Positions 44,036-51,848 of a stretch of 64,000 nt of DNA are shown here, in pieces; position 1 is the first letter of the stretch, and the number at the start of each line of letters is the position of its first letter. Under the pieces are notes generated by a model. It had not been told where the DNA came from. It worked only from the letters and a program-made list of their open reading frames with translations, and ran no database searches. The stretch comes from an uncultured Solirubrobacterales bacterium (GTDB lineage Bacteria > Actinomycetota > Thermoleophilia > Solirubrobacterales > Solirubrobacteraceae): positions 1,111,689 through 1,175,688 of the forward strand of contig CAVWQW010000005.1 in NCBI GenBank assembly GCA_963757275.1, read 5' to 3'. Made by a program: the position numbers and the translations under genes.

Positions 44036-44866
44036 TCACCCGCTGCACGGCAGGCCGGCCAGTCGAGCCCGGACGACGTTCATGTCGGCGCGGTTGAAAT
44101 CCCCGTGGGTCTGGCCGCGAAAGGCGGGGACCAGCTCGCGGTAGTAGGGGCTCCGGAGGCTCTCGTTGTGGCCGATCACGCCGCGCACGGAGATCCCCGA
44201 CCGGCACCGCAGCCAGCGCGTCAGCGCGATGGCCGCCCTGTACTGCCGGGCGTTGCCGAGGACCTGCTGGTCGGAGCGAGCGACGATCTCGATGCCGATC
44301 GCCGTGTAGTTGAGGCCGACGACGTGACGGCAGATGATCCCGAGCGGGACGAGCTGGTGAATCGTGCCGTCGGTGTCCACCACGAAGTGCGCACAGACCT
44401 GGGGCAGCTCATGGAACTCGACGTCCGGCAGGTCGTTCGCGAATGTGTTGAACACGCTCTGGTAGTCGGAGGTCTCGGTGTAATGCCAGATCACGAGGTG
44501 GGGGTCGGTCAGGCGGTAGGTGTCGAGGCCGTAGTGCTCGCGCGAATACGCGCGGGTCTCGTCGCGGCGCTTGCGGCCGAACGGGATGTAGCTCTTGACG
44601 ATCGGCGGCGGCCCGACCACGTGGGCGGGTCTCGCCACGCCTGCCGCGGGCGTGGGGGGCGTGTGCTTGGGCGGTACGGTCGCCGCCGGCGTGGGCGTCG
44701 CCGCGGGTGTGGGCGTGAGCGTCGCCGCGGGCGTGGGCGGGAGCGTCGCCGCGATCTGCCTGACGGCCGGCCGCGTGGCCGTCGCCGGGGTCGGTGAGCC
44801 GGCGGCGCACCCACCGACGCCGAAGACGACCGCGGCGAGCGCGACGATGCGGACGGGTCGCGTCAT
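44036..44866 (-). CDS. N-acetylmuramoyl-L-alanine amidase (amidase_2/PGRP fold) lipoprotein
   Basis: Lipobox GVGGCAAG, a Pro/Thr/Ala linker, then IVIHHYTE-like (LVIWHYTE), HFVVDTDGTIHQLV, NYTAIGIEIV and VIGHNE motifs of the amidase_2 family. Confidence 0.8.
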   Translation of the reverse strand: MTRPVRIVALAAVVFGVGGCAAGSPTPATATRPAVRQIAATLPPTPAATLTPTPAATPTPAATVPPKHTPPTPAAGVARPAHVVGPPPIVKSYIPFGRKRRDETRAYSREHYGLDTYRLTDPHLVIWHYTETSDYQSVFNTFANDLPDVEFHELPQVCAHFVVDTDGTIHQLVPLGIICRHVVGLNYTAIGIEIVARSDQQVLGNARQYRAAIALTRWLRCRSGISVRGVIGHNESLRSPYYRELVPAFRGQTHGDFNRADMNVVRARLAGLPCSG

Positions 44867-44873
44867 CCGCGGC

Positions 44874-45242
44874 TCAGATGCGATTGCCCGACTCGTCCTG
44901 CTTCGGCCTCCCGCTCGGCGCGCCGGGCACCGGGACGGGCTTGCCGATCGTCGCGCGATCGTGGTTCTCGGCCCAGCCGGCGATCTCCTTGCTGCCGACG
45001 ATGATCGTCGTCTGGTCGATCAGGCGGAGCGCCGGGAGCTTCTCCTGCCCGGTCAGCTTGAGCAGCTCGGGCCGGCTGCCCTTGGCGGTCGTCCGGCCGG
45101 GGCCGGTGCGGTCGAGGCTGAGGAGCTCGAAGTTGTTTCCGGCGTGGCGCAGTCCGTCGGCGGCGATCCGGCACGGGTGGGACTTCGGGCCGTCCTCGCC
45201 GAGGTCACAGACAAAGAGCGTGAGTCGGGGGGCAGGGGGCAT
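44874..45242 (-). CDS. thioredoxin-fold (glutaredoxin/GST-N-like) protein
   Basis: Paralogue of 45262-45549 (LFVCDLGEDGPKSHPCRIAADGL ... LTGQEKLPALRL.D) with an extra C-terminal tail. Confidence 0.55.
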   Translation of the reverse strand: MPPAPRLTLFVCDLGEDGPKSHPCRIAADGLRHAGNNFELLSLDRTGPGRTTAKGSRPELLKLTGQEKLPALRLIDQTTIIVGSKEIAGWAENHDRATIGKPVPVPGAPSGRPKQDESGNRI

Positions 45243-45261
45243 CTGATTCCTTTCCCGCGGC

Positions 45262-45549
45262 CTACGCCGCGACTGCGTTGGCTTTGGCCCAGGCGACGAT
45301 CTTCGAGCTGCCGTTGATCGTCTTGCCGTCGGCGAGCTCGAGGACGGGGAGCTTCTCCTGACCGCTCAGCTTCTTGAGCTCGGGTCGGGTGCCCTTCGAG
45401 AACAGGCCGAACGGCTTGTTCTTGTCGAAGACGACGCTCGTATGGGCGATGCCGGCGGCCTCGAGGGCCTCGTGAGCTCGACGACACGGGTGGATCTTCG
45501 GGCCGCCGGTGTCGATGCTGCATACGTGGAGCTTTGGCTTCGCGGCCAT
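45262..45549 (-). CDS. thioredoxin-fold (glutaredoxin/GST-N-like) protein
   Basis: KLHVCSIDTGGPKIHPCRRAHEALEAAGI ... LSGQEKLPVLELADGKTINGSSKIVAW: a single-Cys glutaredoxin-like layout. Confidence 0.6.
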   Translation of the reverse strand: MAAKPKLHVCSIDTGGPKIHPCRRAHEALEAAGIAHTSVVFDKNKPFGLFSKGTRPELKKLSGQEKLPVLELADGKTINGSSKIVAWAKANAVAA

Positions 45550-45680
45550 CGGGTCTCCTTGGTGGACGTTCAGTCCAGCCTAGCGCCCGCCGTCCGACGA
45601 TCGCGGGAGCCGCCGCGTCGACGGTCCGGGTCTCCGCCGGCCGGCGGGTTGCCGGCGCGCGTCTGGCAGACTCCGCGCCG

Positions 45681-46580
45681 GTGACTGCGACCGCGCCCGC
45701 TGTGGACGACGAGGCTGCGCTGGCCGGCGGTCGCCTCCTGATCTGGTGTGCCGACCGCCCGGGGATCGTCGCCGCCGTATCGGCGTTCCTGGCAGCTCGT
45801 GGCGCGAACATCACGGCGTCCGACCAGCATTCGAGCGACCCGCGGGACGGTCGCTTCTTCATGCGGATGGAGTTTCAGCTGGCCGGGCTCGAGCGCGCGG
45901 CCGGTGAGTTCGAGGCTGCTTTCGTCGACGAGGTGGCCGGCCGGTTCTCGATGGACTGGCGGGTCGCCTACGCCGGCCGGCGCAAGCGGGTCGGGATCCT
46001 CGTCTCGCGGGAGGGGCATTGCCTCTTCGAGCTGCTGTCCCGGTGGCGTCGGGGGGAGCTGGACGCGGAGATCGTCGGCGTGATCGGCAACCATCGCTTG
46101 CTCGAGGAGGAGGTGCGGGGACATGGCGTCGAGTTCACGCACGTCCCGACCCCGAAGGGTGGCCGTGAGGCGGCCGAGGAGCAGCTGTTGACAGGGCTGG
46201 CCGGCCGCTGCGACCTTGTCGTGCTCGCCCGCTACATGCAGATCCTGAGCGGTGACTTCCTCGATCGACTCGCGGTCCCGGTGATCAACATCCACCACTC
46301 GTTCCTCCCCGCCTTCCCGGGAGCGGCTCCCTACCTTCGGGCGCACGAGCGGGGCGTGAAGATCATCGGGGCTACAGCCCACTATGTGACGGAGGAGCTC
46401 GACGACGGGCCGATCATCGAGCAGGACGTCGCTCGCGTCAGTCACCGGGCGACGGTTGCCGACTTCGTTCGGACCGGCGCCGACATCGAGCGCGCGGTGC
46501 TCGCCCGGGCGGTCCGCTGGCATCTGGAGGACCGGATCCTCGTCCACGAGCGCAAGACGGTCGTCTTCGCGGGTGAGTGA
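45681..46580 (+). CDS. purU: formyltetrahydrofolate deformylase
   Basis: ACT domain (CADRPGIVAAVSAFLAARGANI), then the formyltransferase core (GILVSREGHCL..LL, NIHHSFLPAF.GA.PY..A...GVK.IGATAHYVT..LD.GPII.Q). GTG start at 45681. Confidence 0.9.
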   Translation: MTATAPAVDDEAALAGGRLLIWCADRPGIVAAVSAFLAARGANITASDQHSSDPRDGRFFMRMEFQLAGLERAAGEFEAAFVDEVAGRFSMDWRVAYAGRRKRVGILVSREGHCLFELLSRWRRGELDAEIVGVIGNHRLLEEEVRGHGVEFTHVPTPKGGREAAEEQLLTGLAGRCDLVVLARYMQILSGDFLDRLAVPVINIHHSFLPAFPGAAPYLRAHERGVKIIGATAHYVTEELDDGPIIEQDVARVSHRATVADFVRTGADIERAVLARAVRWHLEDRILVHERKTVVFAGE

Positions 46581-46661
46581 CGCTCGACGGCGGCTGCTGG
46601 TCTGGAGCACCTTGGGAGCGCCTGGGTACCGAATCGACCGGTCGGCTGCGGCGGCGCAGCC

Positions 46662-46898
46662 TCAGGCGTCGGGCGGCTCGCCGCCGCCGTGGGCCTGACC
46701 GGCCGGCGCCGGGCTGTCGTGGACTCGCTGGTAGCGATCGTGGATCACGACACGTTCCCCGTGCTCGGCCGCGTGCTCGTGAGCCGCCGTCTCAGCGCCG
46801 GTCGCCGACCCGTGCGACGAGAGCGCGTCTTCGTCACCGGCGGGTTGGACGGTCCAGGTTCCGGTGTCGGTGCAGCGGACGTCGATCTGGTCGGACAT
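46662..46898 (-). CDS. small hypothetical protein (tentatively DUF2188-like)
   Basis: MSDQIDVRCTDTGTWTVQPAGDEDALSSHGSATGAETAAHEHAAEHGERVVIHD. An alternative GTG at 46992-46994 overlaps the adh stop (GTGA) and would add a (DRS[ST])n repeat N-terminus. Confidence 0.5.
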   Translation of the reverse strand: MSDQIDVRCTDTGTWTVQPAGDEDALSSHGSATGAETAAHEHAAEHGERVVIHDRYQRVHDSPAPAGQAHGGGEPPDA

Positions 46899-46918
46899 CG
46901 GTGTCTCCCTTCGAGTTG

Positions 46919-46990
46919 TTCGGTCGGTGCTTCGGTCGGTGCTTCGGTCGGTGCTCCGGTCGCTGCTTCGGTCGGCGCTCCGGGGGGCGC
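46919..46990. repeat. 12-nt tandem repeat (6 copies) between the adh stop and the small downstream gene
   Basis: TTCGGTCGGTGC x3, then TCCGGTCGCTGC, TTCGGTCGGCGC, TCCGGGGGGCGC. Confidence 0.9.
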
Positions 46991-48082
46991 TCACGCCAAC
47001 GCCTCGATTCGTTCGGTGCGCGCAGCCGGCGTCGCGCGCCTGCCGCCCGCCAGCACGACCTTGAGGGCGTTCGTCGTCGCCGCGTCGGCGAACGTGTCAT
47101 AGGCGGCCATCGTGTCGTCGAGTGAGAACCGATGTGTCGCGAACATCGACGGGTCGAGGCGTCCGCTGGCGATCAGCCTCATCAGCTGGGGGATGCTGAA
47201 CGTGTCGACCAGCCCGGTGGTGATGGTGACATCGCGGGTCCAGAGGGTTTCCAGATGCAGGGCGACCGGCCGGCCGTGGACGCCGATGTTCGCCAATCTG
47301 CCGCCGGGGCGGATCAGCCGGGCCGCCAGCTCGAAGGTCTCCGGCGCGCCGACGGCCTCGAAGGCGACGTCTGCACCGAGGCCGTCGGTCAACTCCATGA
47401 GGAGCCCGACGGCGTCCTCGCTGCCGCTGTTGATCGTGGTGTCCGCGCCGAACCGCCGGGCGCCGGCGAGTCGGCCTTCGAGGAGGTCGATCGCCACGAT
47501 GCGCCCGGGCGTGTAGAGCCGCGCCGTGAGGATCGCCGCCAGGCCGATCGGTCCGGCGCCGACGATCGCGACGACGTCGCCGGGCGCGACCATCCCGTTG
47601 AGCACGCCGACCTCGAAGGATGTCGGGAGGATGTCGGCGAGGAACAGGACCTGCTCGTCTGTGAGCCGCTCGGGAACCCGGTAGACGGAGTTGTCGGCGA
47701 ACGGCACTCGGGCGTACTCGGCCTGCAGGCCGTCGATCAGGTGGCCGAGGATCCAGCCGCCTCCACCCAGGCATTGTCCATAGCGGGCTTCCCTGCAGTA
47801 GCGACAGCGCCCACAGGCGCTGATGCACGAGATCAGGACGCGGTCGCCGGGGGCGACGGTGCTGACGGCGGCGCCGACCTCCTCCACGGTGCCGACAGCC
47901 TCGTGTCCGAGCACGGTGCCGGGCACGGTCTCGGGGACGTCGCCCTTGAGGATGTGCAGGTCGGTTCCGCAGATCGTCGACGTGTCGATCCGCACGATCG
48001 CGTCGGTCGGCGCGATGACCGTGGGGTCGTCCACGGTGTCCCAGGCGCGCTGGCCCGGGCCGTGATAAACGAGTGCCTTCAT
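46991..48082 (-). CDS. zinc-dependent alcohol dehydrogenase (MDR family)
   Basis: MKALVYHGPG ... CGTDLHILKG ... GHEAVG ... CGRCRYC (structural zinc) ... GAGPIGL. Confidence 0.9.
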   Translation of the reverse strand: MKALVYHGPGQRAWDTVDDPTVIAPTDAIVRIDTSTICGTDLHILKGDVPETVPGTVLGHEAVGTVEEVGAAVSTVAPGDRVLISCISACGRCRYCREARYGQCLGGGGWILGHLIDGLQAEYARVPFADNSVYRVPERLTDEQVLFLADILPTSFEVGVLNGMVAPGDVVAIVGAGPIGLAAILTARLYTPGRIVAIDLLEGRLAGARRFGADTTINSGSEDAVGLLMELTDGLGADVAFEAVGAPETFELAARLIRPGGRLANIGVHGRPVALHLETLWTRDVTITTGLVDTFSIPQLMRLIASGRLDPSMFATHRFSLDDTMAAYDTFADAATTNALKVVLAGGRRATPAARTERIEALA

Positions 48083-48173
48083 CAGGTGCCTACCTTTGGT
48101 CAGGGTTCGTTGACGCCGGCTGCGCCCGCGGCCGCGGCTGCGCTCGGGGCCGCCGGGACGACTCCGGCGCCAA

Positions 48174-48275
48174 GTCCGCCGGGTCCGCCGGGACGTCGCC
48201 AGCGCCGGGTCCGCCGGGGCGTCGCCTGCGTCGGTCCGCCGGGGCGTCGCCTGCGCCGGATCCGCCGGTGCGGGC
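48174..48275. repeat. 25/26-nt tandem repeat (about 3.5 copies) in the adh/USP divergent intergenic region
   Basis: GTCCGCCGGGACGTCGCCAGCGCCGG, GTCCGCCGGGGCGTCGCCTGCGTCG, GTCCGCCGGGGCGTCGCCTGCGCCG, ATCCGCCGGTGCGGGCG. Confidence 0.85.
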
Positions 48276-48479
48276 GATCTGCCTTACGACGATAGGACTC
48301 CCCGAGCGCCCGCGCATCGGGAGATTCGCCCTACGGCGGTCCGTAGTTAGCGCCACGAAAACGGCGGAGAACCTCTGCTGACGGCCGTGCGGTCGTTTCG
48401 TAGGCTGAGACGACAGAGCCTGATCCGTCGAGCTTCGACCCGCTGAGCCGGCCGACCCCGAGCTGCCGGAATCTGGCAG

Positions 48480-49418
48480 ATGACCGAGGAGATCGAGATG
48501 TTCAAAGATGTGCTGGTTGGCGTGGATACGCGGTCCGGCGGCCACGACGCGGTGGCCCTCGCCCGGCAGCTCGTGTCAGATGACGGCAGGTTGACGCTCG
48601 GCCACGTGGACGACGCCGGCGCTCCGATCTTCGAGCGCAACCTCGTGCTCGGCTACGACGCTGCCGGGCACGAGGCGAGCACGAAGCTGCTCGAGGCCGA
48701 GCGACGCGACGCCGGACCGGACGTCGGGTTGGTGCGGGTGAGCGCCGCGTCGACCGGCGAAGGTCTCCACAGGCTGACGGAGGCCCACGCGGCCGATCTG
48801 CTGGTCGTCGGCTCGTGCAGCCGCGGACGCCTCGGGCGGGCGATGCTCGGAGACGACACGAGAGATTCGCTCAACGGTGCCTCGTGCGCCGTCGCGGTCG
48901 CCCCGGTCGGCTACGCCGGGCACGAGCGGGACCTGTCGGTGATCGGCGTGGCCTACGACGGCAAGCCCGACAGCCGGGCGGCCCTCGCCGCGGCTCGCGA
49001 GCTCGCCGGGCGATGCGGCGCGGCGATCCGGGTGTGCCAGGTCGTCTCACCGCCGGGCTACGCCTATTCGCCGTTCGGGATCGGCTGGACCGAGAACATC
49101 GAGTTCACGATCACCGCAGCCCAGGAGCGGCTCGGAGAGCTCGACGGAGTGGACGGGCGCGTCGTCTACGGCGTCACCGGCGAGGAGCTCGCCAGCTTCA
49201 GCCGCGACGTGGACCTGATGATCGTCGGCTCTCGTGGCTACGGGCCGGTTCTACGCCTGGTCCACGGCAGCACGTCCAACTACCTGCTGCGCCACGCCCG
49301 CTCGCCTTTGCTCGTGCTTCCCCGCACCGGCGGCCCCCAGGGCGCCGTGGCGAGCGACCAGGCGCGGAGCGCGGTCCACGCCGCGGTCGGCGTCCCCGCG
49401 CTCGGGGCCGCTCGATGA
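48480..49418 (+). CDS. tandem-domain universal stress protein
   Basis: Two UspA-like halves, each ending with a G-x2-G-x9-G(S/T)-type segment (VVGSCSRGRLGRAMLGDDTRDSL; IVGSRGYGPVLRLVHGSTSNYLL). Confidence 0.85.
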   Translation: MTEEIEMFKDVLVGVDTRSGGHDAVALARQLVSDDGRLTLGHVDDAGAPIFERNLVLGYDAAGHEASTKLLEAERRDAGPDVGLVRVSAASTGEGLHRLTEAHAADLLVVGSCSRGRLGRAMLGDDTRDSLNGASCAVAVAPVGYAGHERDLSVIGVAYDGKPDSRAALAAARELAGRCGAAIRVCQVVSPPGYAYSPFGIGWTENIEFTITAAQERLGELDGVDGRVVYGVTGEELASFSRDVDLMIVGSRGYGPVLRLVHGSTSNYLLRHARSPLLVLPRTGGPQGAVASDQARSAVHAAVGVPALGAAR

Positions 49419-50044
49419 CACCGCCAGCCGCCGTCGGCGCCGCCTCGGCTGATGTGGGGCGCGAGCGCTTCCTCCTGCGGGACGGCCGCCCGCTGGCGAT
49501 CCGCACGGTGCGCGCGGCCGACGAGCCGCTGATCGGCGAGTTCCTGGGCCGCCTCTCGCTCGAGACGAGGCGCATGCGCTTCTTCACGGCCTGCGCCAAC
49601 CTCTCCGCGCAGGCCCACCGGGCGGCCGGTGCCGACGGAGCGGAGCATTTCGGCTTCGTGGCGCTCGACGAGCACCAGCGCGTCGTCGCTCACGCGTGCT
49701 ACGTCCGCGCCGGCCCGCGGCGGGCCGAGGTCGCGGTCGAGGTCGCGGACGACCTTCACCACCTCGGCCTCGGGACGCATCTGGTCGCCCGCCTCGCCGA
49801 GATCGCCGCCGGCCACGGGATCGAGCGCTTCTTCGCCGAGGTGCTCCCGGAGAATGCCGAGATGCTGACCGTCTTCCATGACGGCTTCGCCCCGACCCAG
49901 CGGCTCGTCGACGGCATCACCGAGGTCGAGTTCCCGACCTCCAACTGGTCGCTCGCTCCCGGCCGGACGTCTCCGCCCGAGCGTGCCGAGTTCGAGCCGC
50001 TCGCGCCGGCCGGTCAGAGCAGGTCAGCCGGTCTGCTCGGCTGA
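49415..50044 (+). CDS. GNAT acetyltransferase domain protein (Pat-like C-terminal domain type)
   Basis: The ATG overlaps the USP stop (ATGA). IRTVRAADEPLIGEFLGRLSLETRRMRFF ... VADDLHHLGLGTHLVARL ... FFAEVLPENAEML resembles the GNAT domains of protein lysine acetyltransferases. Confidence 0.7.
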   Translation: MTPPAAVGAASADVGRERFLLRDGRPLAIRTVRAADEPLIGEFLGRLSLETRRMRFFTACANLSAQAHRAAGADGAEHFGFVALDEHQRVVAHACYVRAGPRRAEVAVEVADDLHHLGLGTHLVARLAEIAAGHGIERFFAEVLPENAEMLTVFHDGFAPTQRLVDGITEVEFPTSNWSLAPGRTSPPERAEFEPLAPAGQSRSAGLLG

Positions 50045-50530
50045 GTGCCGCTCGATCAATCGGTCGAGCTCGGGCACGGCGGCCCTGAGGCTCGGCAGGT
50101 TGACGACGATGCCCTCCTGCGTCGAGCGGGCCAGCACGACCACCGCCTCCTCGTCGGCCGACGGGTTCTCCTCCCGATGGGGGACATATGGAGGGACATA
50201 GACGTAGTCGCCGGGGCCGGTCTCCACCCGTCGTTCGGTGTCGTCGTCGAGGAACACGAACACCGGGTGCCCGCTGACGACGTAGATCCCGGTCTCCGCC
50301 TCACCGTGATGGTGGTCGGCCGAGACCATGCCCGGACCGACGTGGCTCTCGCCCATCCAGATCTTCCGGGCGCCGGTGAGCTTCCCGGAGATCGCCTCGT
50401 AGCGGTGCATGCCCGGCGACTGGGCGGTCTCGTCGGTCAGCCGATCGCGGCCTGTGTGATGCAGCCGCCGGTGCCAGGCCGCGGTTCCGTCCTCGGGTCC
50501 GGGCGCGTGCTCGGTCATCGCGGCGGACAA
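50024..50530 (-). CDS. cupin domain protein
   Basis: HHHGEAETGIYVVSG ... PGDYVYVPPYVPHRE. Converges on the GNAT gene and overlaps it by 21 nt. Confidence 0.7.
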   Translation of the reverse strand: MSAAMTEHAPGPEDGTAAWHRRLHHTGRDRLTDETAQSPGMHRYEAISGKLTGARKIWMGESHVGPGMVSADHHHGEAETGIYVVSGHPVFVFLDDDTERRVETGPGDYVYVPPYVPHREENPSADEEAVVVLARSTQEGIVVNLPSLRAAVPELDRLIERHSAEQTG

Positions 50531-50543
50531 TACCGCCGGACCG

Positions 50544-50876
50544 CTACTTCGCCGGCAGGGTCCTCACGTATTTGAGGCTCCGCTCGACCCAGCCTTCAAG
50601 CTGCCGCTTGGTCTTCAGGCCGTCGGGGGCGACCATCAGCCATCCGTTCATCGTCCGGGCGCCCATCTTCATCAGGGTGACGTGGGGGCGGGTCAGGCAC
50701 GCGTCCGTATCGGCCGGTGCGACGCGGACGAGGAGTCCGCCGGTGCGCGACGCGCTGACGGTCATGTTGCCGTCGAGCAGAAACGCCAGGCCGCCGAACA
50801 TCGTCCGCTCGGTGATCGCGTCCTCCCCGGCGAGCAGCTCCCGGAGACGATTCGCCAGATCCTCGTCGTAGGCCAT
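50544..50876 (-). CDS. TfoX/Sxy N-terminal domain family protein
   Basis: MAYDEDLANRLRELL....ITERTMFGGLAFLLDGNM matches the TfoX_N pattern. Confidence 0.75.
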   Translation of the reverse strand: MAYDEDLANRLRELLAGEDAITERTMFGGLAFLLDGNMTVSASRTGGLLVRVAPADTDACLTRPHVTLMKMGARTMNGWLMVAPDGLKTKRQLEGWVERSLKYVRTLPAK

Positions 50877-50891
50877 GACAGGAGTCCGAGC

Positions 50892-51848
50892 TTACCGGCC
50901 GTCCCGGCGGCCACCGTCCGACCGATCGCGCCCACGCTGGAGGAACTCCCGGAGGTCGGCGACCGAGCCGACGTGGCGGAGCTTCTCGGGGTTGACGATC
51001 GACTTGATCGCCTGAACCTCGCCATCGGCGATGTCGAGGGCCATCACGCCGATCAGCTGCTGATCGGAGTCGAGCAACAGGGCTCCGGGCTGGCCGTTGA
51101 CGTCGACCCGGCGAATGCTCGTCGGCCCCGATCTCGCTCCGGCCCGCGCCCAGGCCACCAGCGTCCGCGCGACCCGGTCGCGCCCGTGGAGAGACCGGGC
51201 GAGCGCCGGCACGCGGCCGCCCCCGTCCCCGTCGAGCACGACGTCTCCGGCGAGGAGCGCCTCGAGTCCCGCGAGGTCGCCGTCGCCGGCGGCGGCGAAG
51301 AACCGCTCGGCCAGCCGGTCGCGCGCCTCGCGCGAGGCTTCGAAGCGCGGCCGGCGCTGCTCGACATGCCGCCGGGCCCGCACCGCGAGCTGCCGTGCGT
51401 TGGCTTCGGTCTTGCCGACGATCCCTGCGATCTCGACGTAGGAGTAGTCGAAGACGTCGCGCAGCAGGAGCACCGCCCGCTGGTCGGGTGACAGGCTCTC
51501 GAGGACGACGAGAAAGGCCAGCGACAGCGAATCCGCAGTCTCCGCATGCCGAGCCGGGTCGTCGTCGGACTGCTCGCTGACGAGCGGCTCTGGGAGCCAC
51601 CCACCGACATAGGTCTCCCGGCGGACCCGCGCCGAGCGCAGGCAGTCGATCGCCAAGCGGGTTGTGACGGTCGCCGCGTAGGCACCCGGCGACTCGATCT
51701 CCTCGCCGGAGTCGAGGGCCCGGTCGACGCGGATCAGCGCCTCCTGGACGACATCCTCCGCCTCGGTCACGCTGCCGAGCATCCGATAGGCGATCGCGAA
51801 GGCCGAAGGCCGAAGCCCATCGAGCAACTGCCCTCTCACGTCGTTCAC
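50892..51848 (-). CDS. ECF sigma factor, SigJ/ECF41 type (sigma-70 r2/r4 plus a SnoaL-like C-terminal extension)
   Basis: FAIAYRMLGSVTEAEDVVQEALIR (region 2), LSPDQRAVLLLRDVFDYSYVEIAGIVGKTEANARQL (region 4), and a long C-terminal domain. No adjacent anti-sigma gene. Confidence 0.85.
   Translation of the reverse strand: MNDVRGQLLDGLRPSAFAIAYRMLGSVTEAEDVVQEALIRVDRALDSGEEIESPGAYAATVTTRLAIDCLRSARVRRETYVGGWLPEPLVSEQSDDDPARHAETADSLSLAFLVVLESLSPDQRAVLLLRDVFDYSYVEIAGIVGKTEANARQLAVRARRHVEQRRPRFEASREARDRLAERFFAAAGDGDLAGLEALLAGDVVLDGDGGGRVPALARSLHGRDRVARTLVAWARAGARSGPTSIRRVDVNGQPGALLLDSDQQLIGVMALDIADGEVQAIKSIVNPEKLRHVGSVADLREFLQRGRDRSDGGRRDGR

Noticed and set aside
44640-44760. Repetitive DNA in the amidase gene (GTCGCCGCGGGCGTGGGCG-like units).
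   Set aside because: It simply encodes the Pro/Thr/Ala-rich lipoprotein linker (PTPAAT repeats). The units are imperfect and this is ordinary for such linkers, so it was not listed as a separate feature.
45550-45680. A possible riboswitch (ZTP/pfl or THF type) in the purU leader.
   Set aside because: I could not find the conserved ZTP core (GGGTCGTGAC..., CCGCCTGGGCA pseudoknot) or any other motif I know. The region is also a divergent promoter. It needs a covariance-model scan.
6737-48275. The short tandem arrays considered as CRISPR arrays.
   Set aside because: The units are directly abutting with no spacers and only 2-7 copies, and no cas genes are present. They are simple tandem duplications.
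48290-48330. A DosR-type operator near the USP and adh genes (..GATAGGACTCCCCGAG..).
   Set aside because: Only a GGACT half-site-like pentamer is present, and the palindromic partner (AGTCC) is missing.
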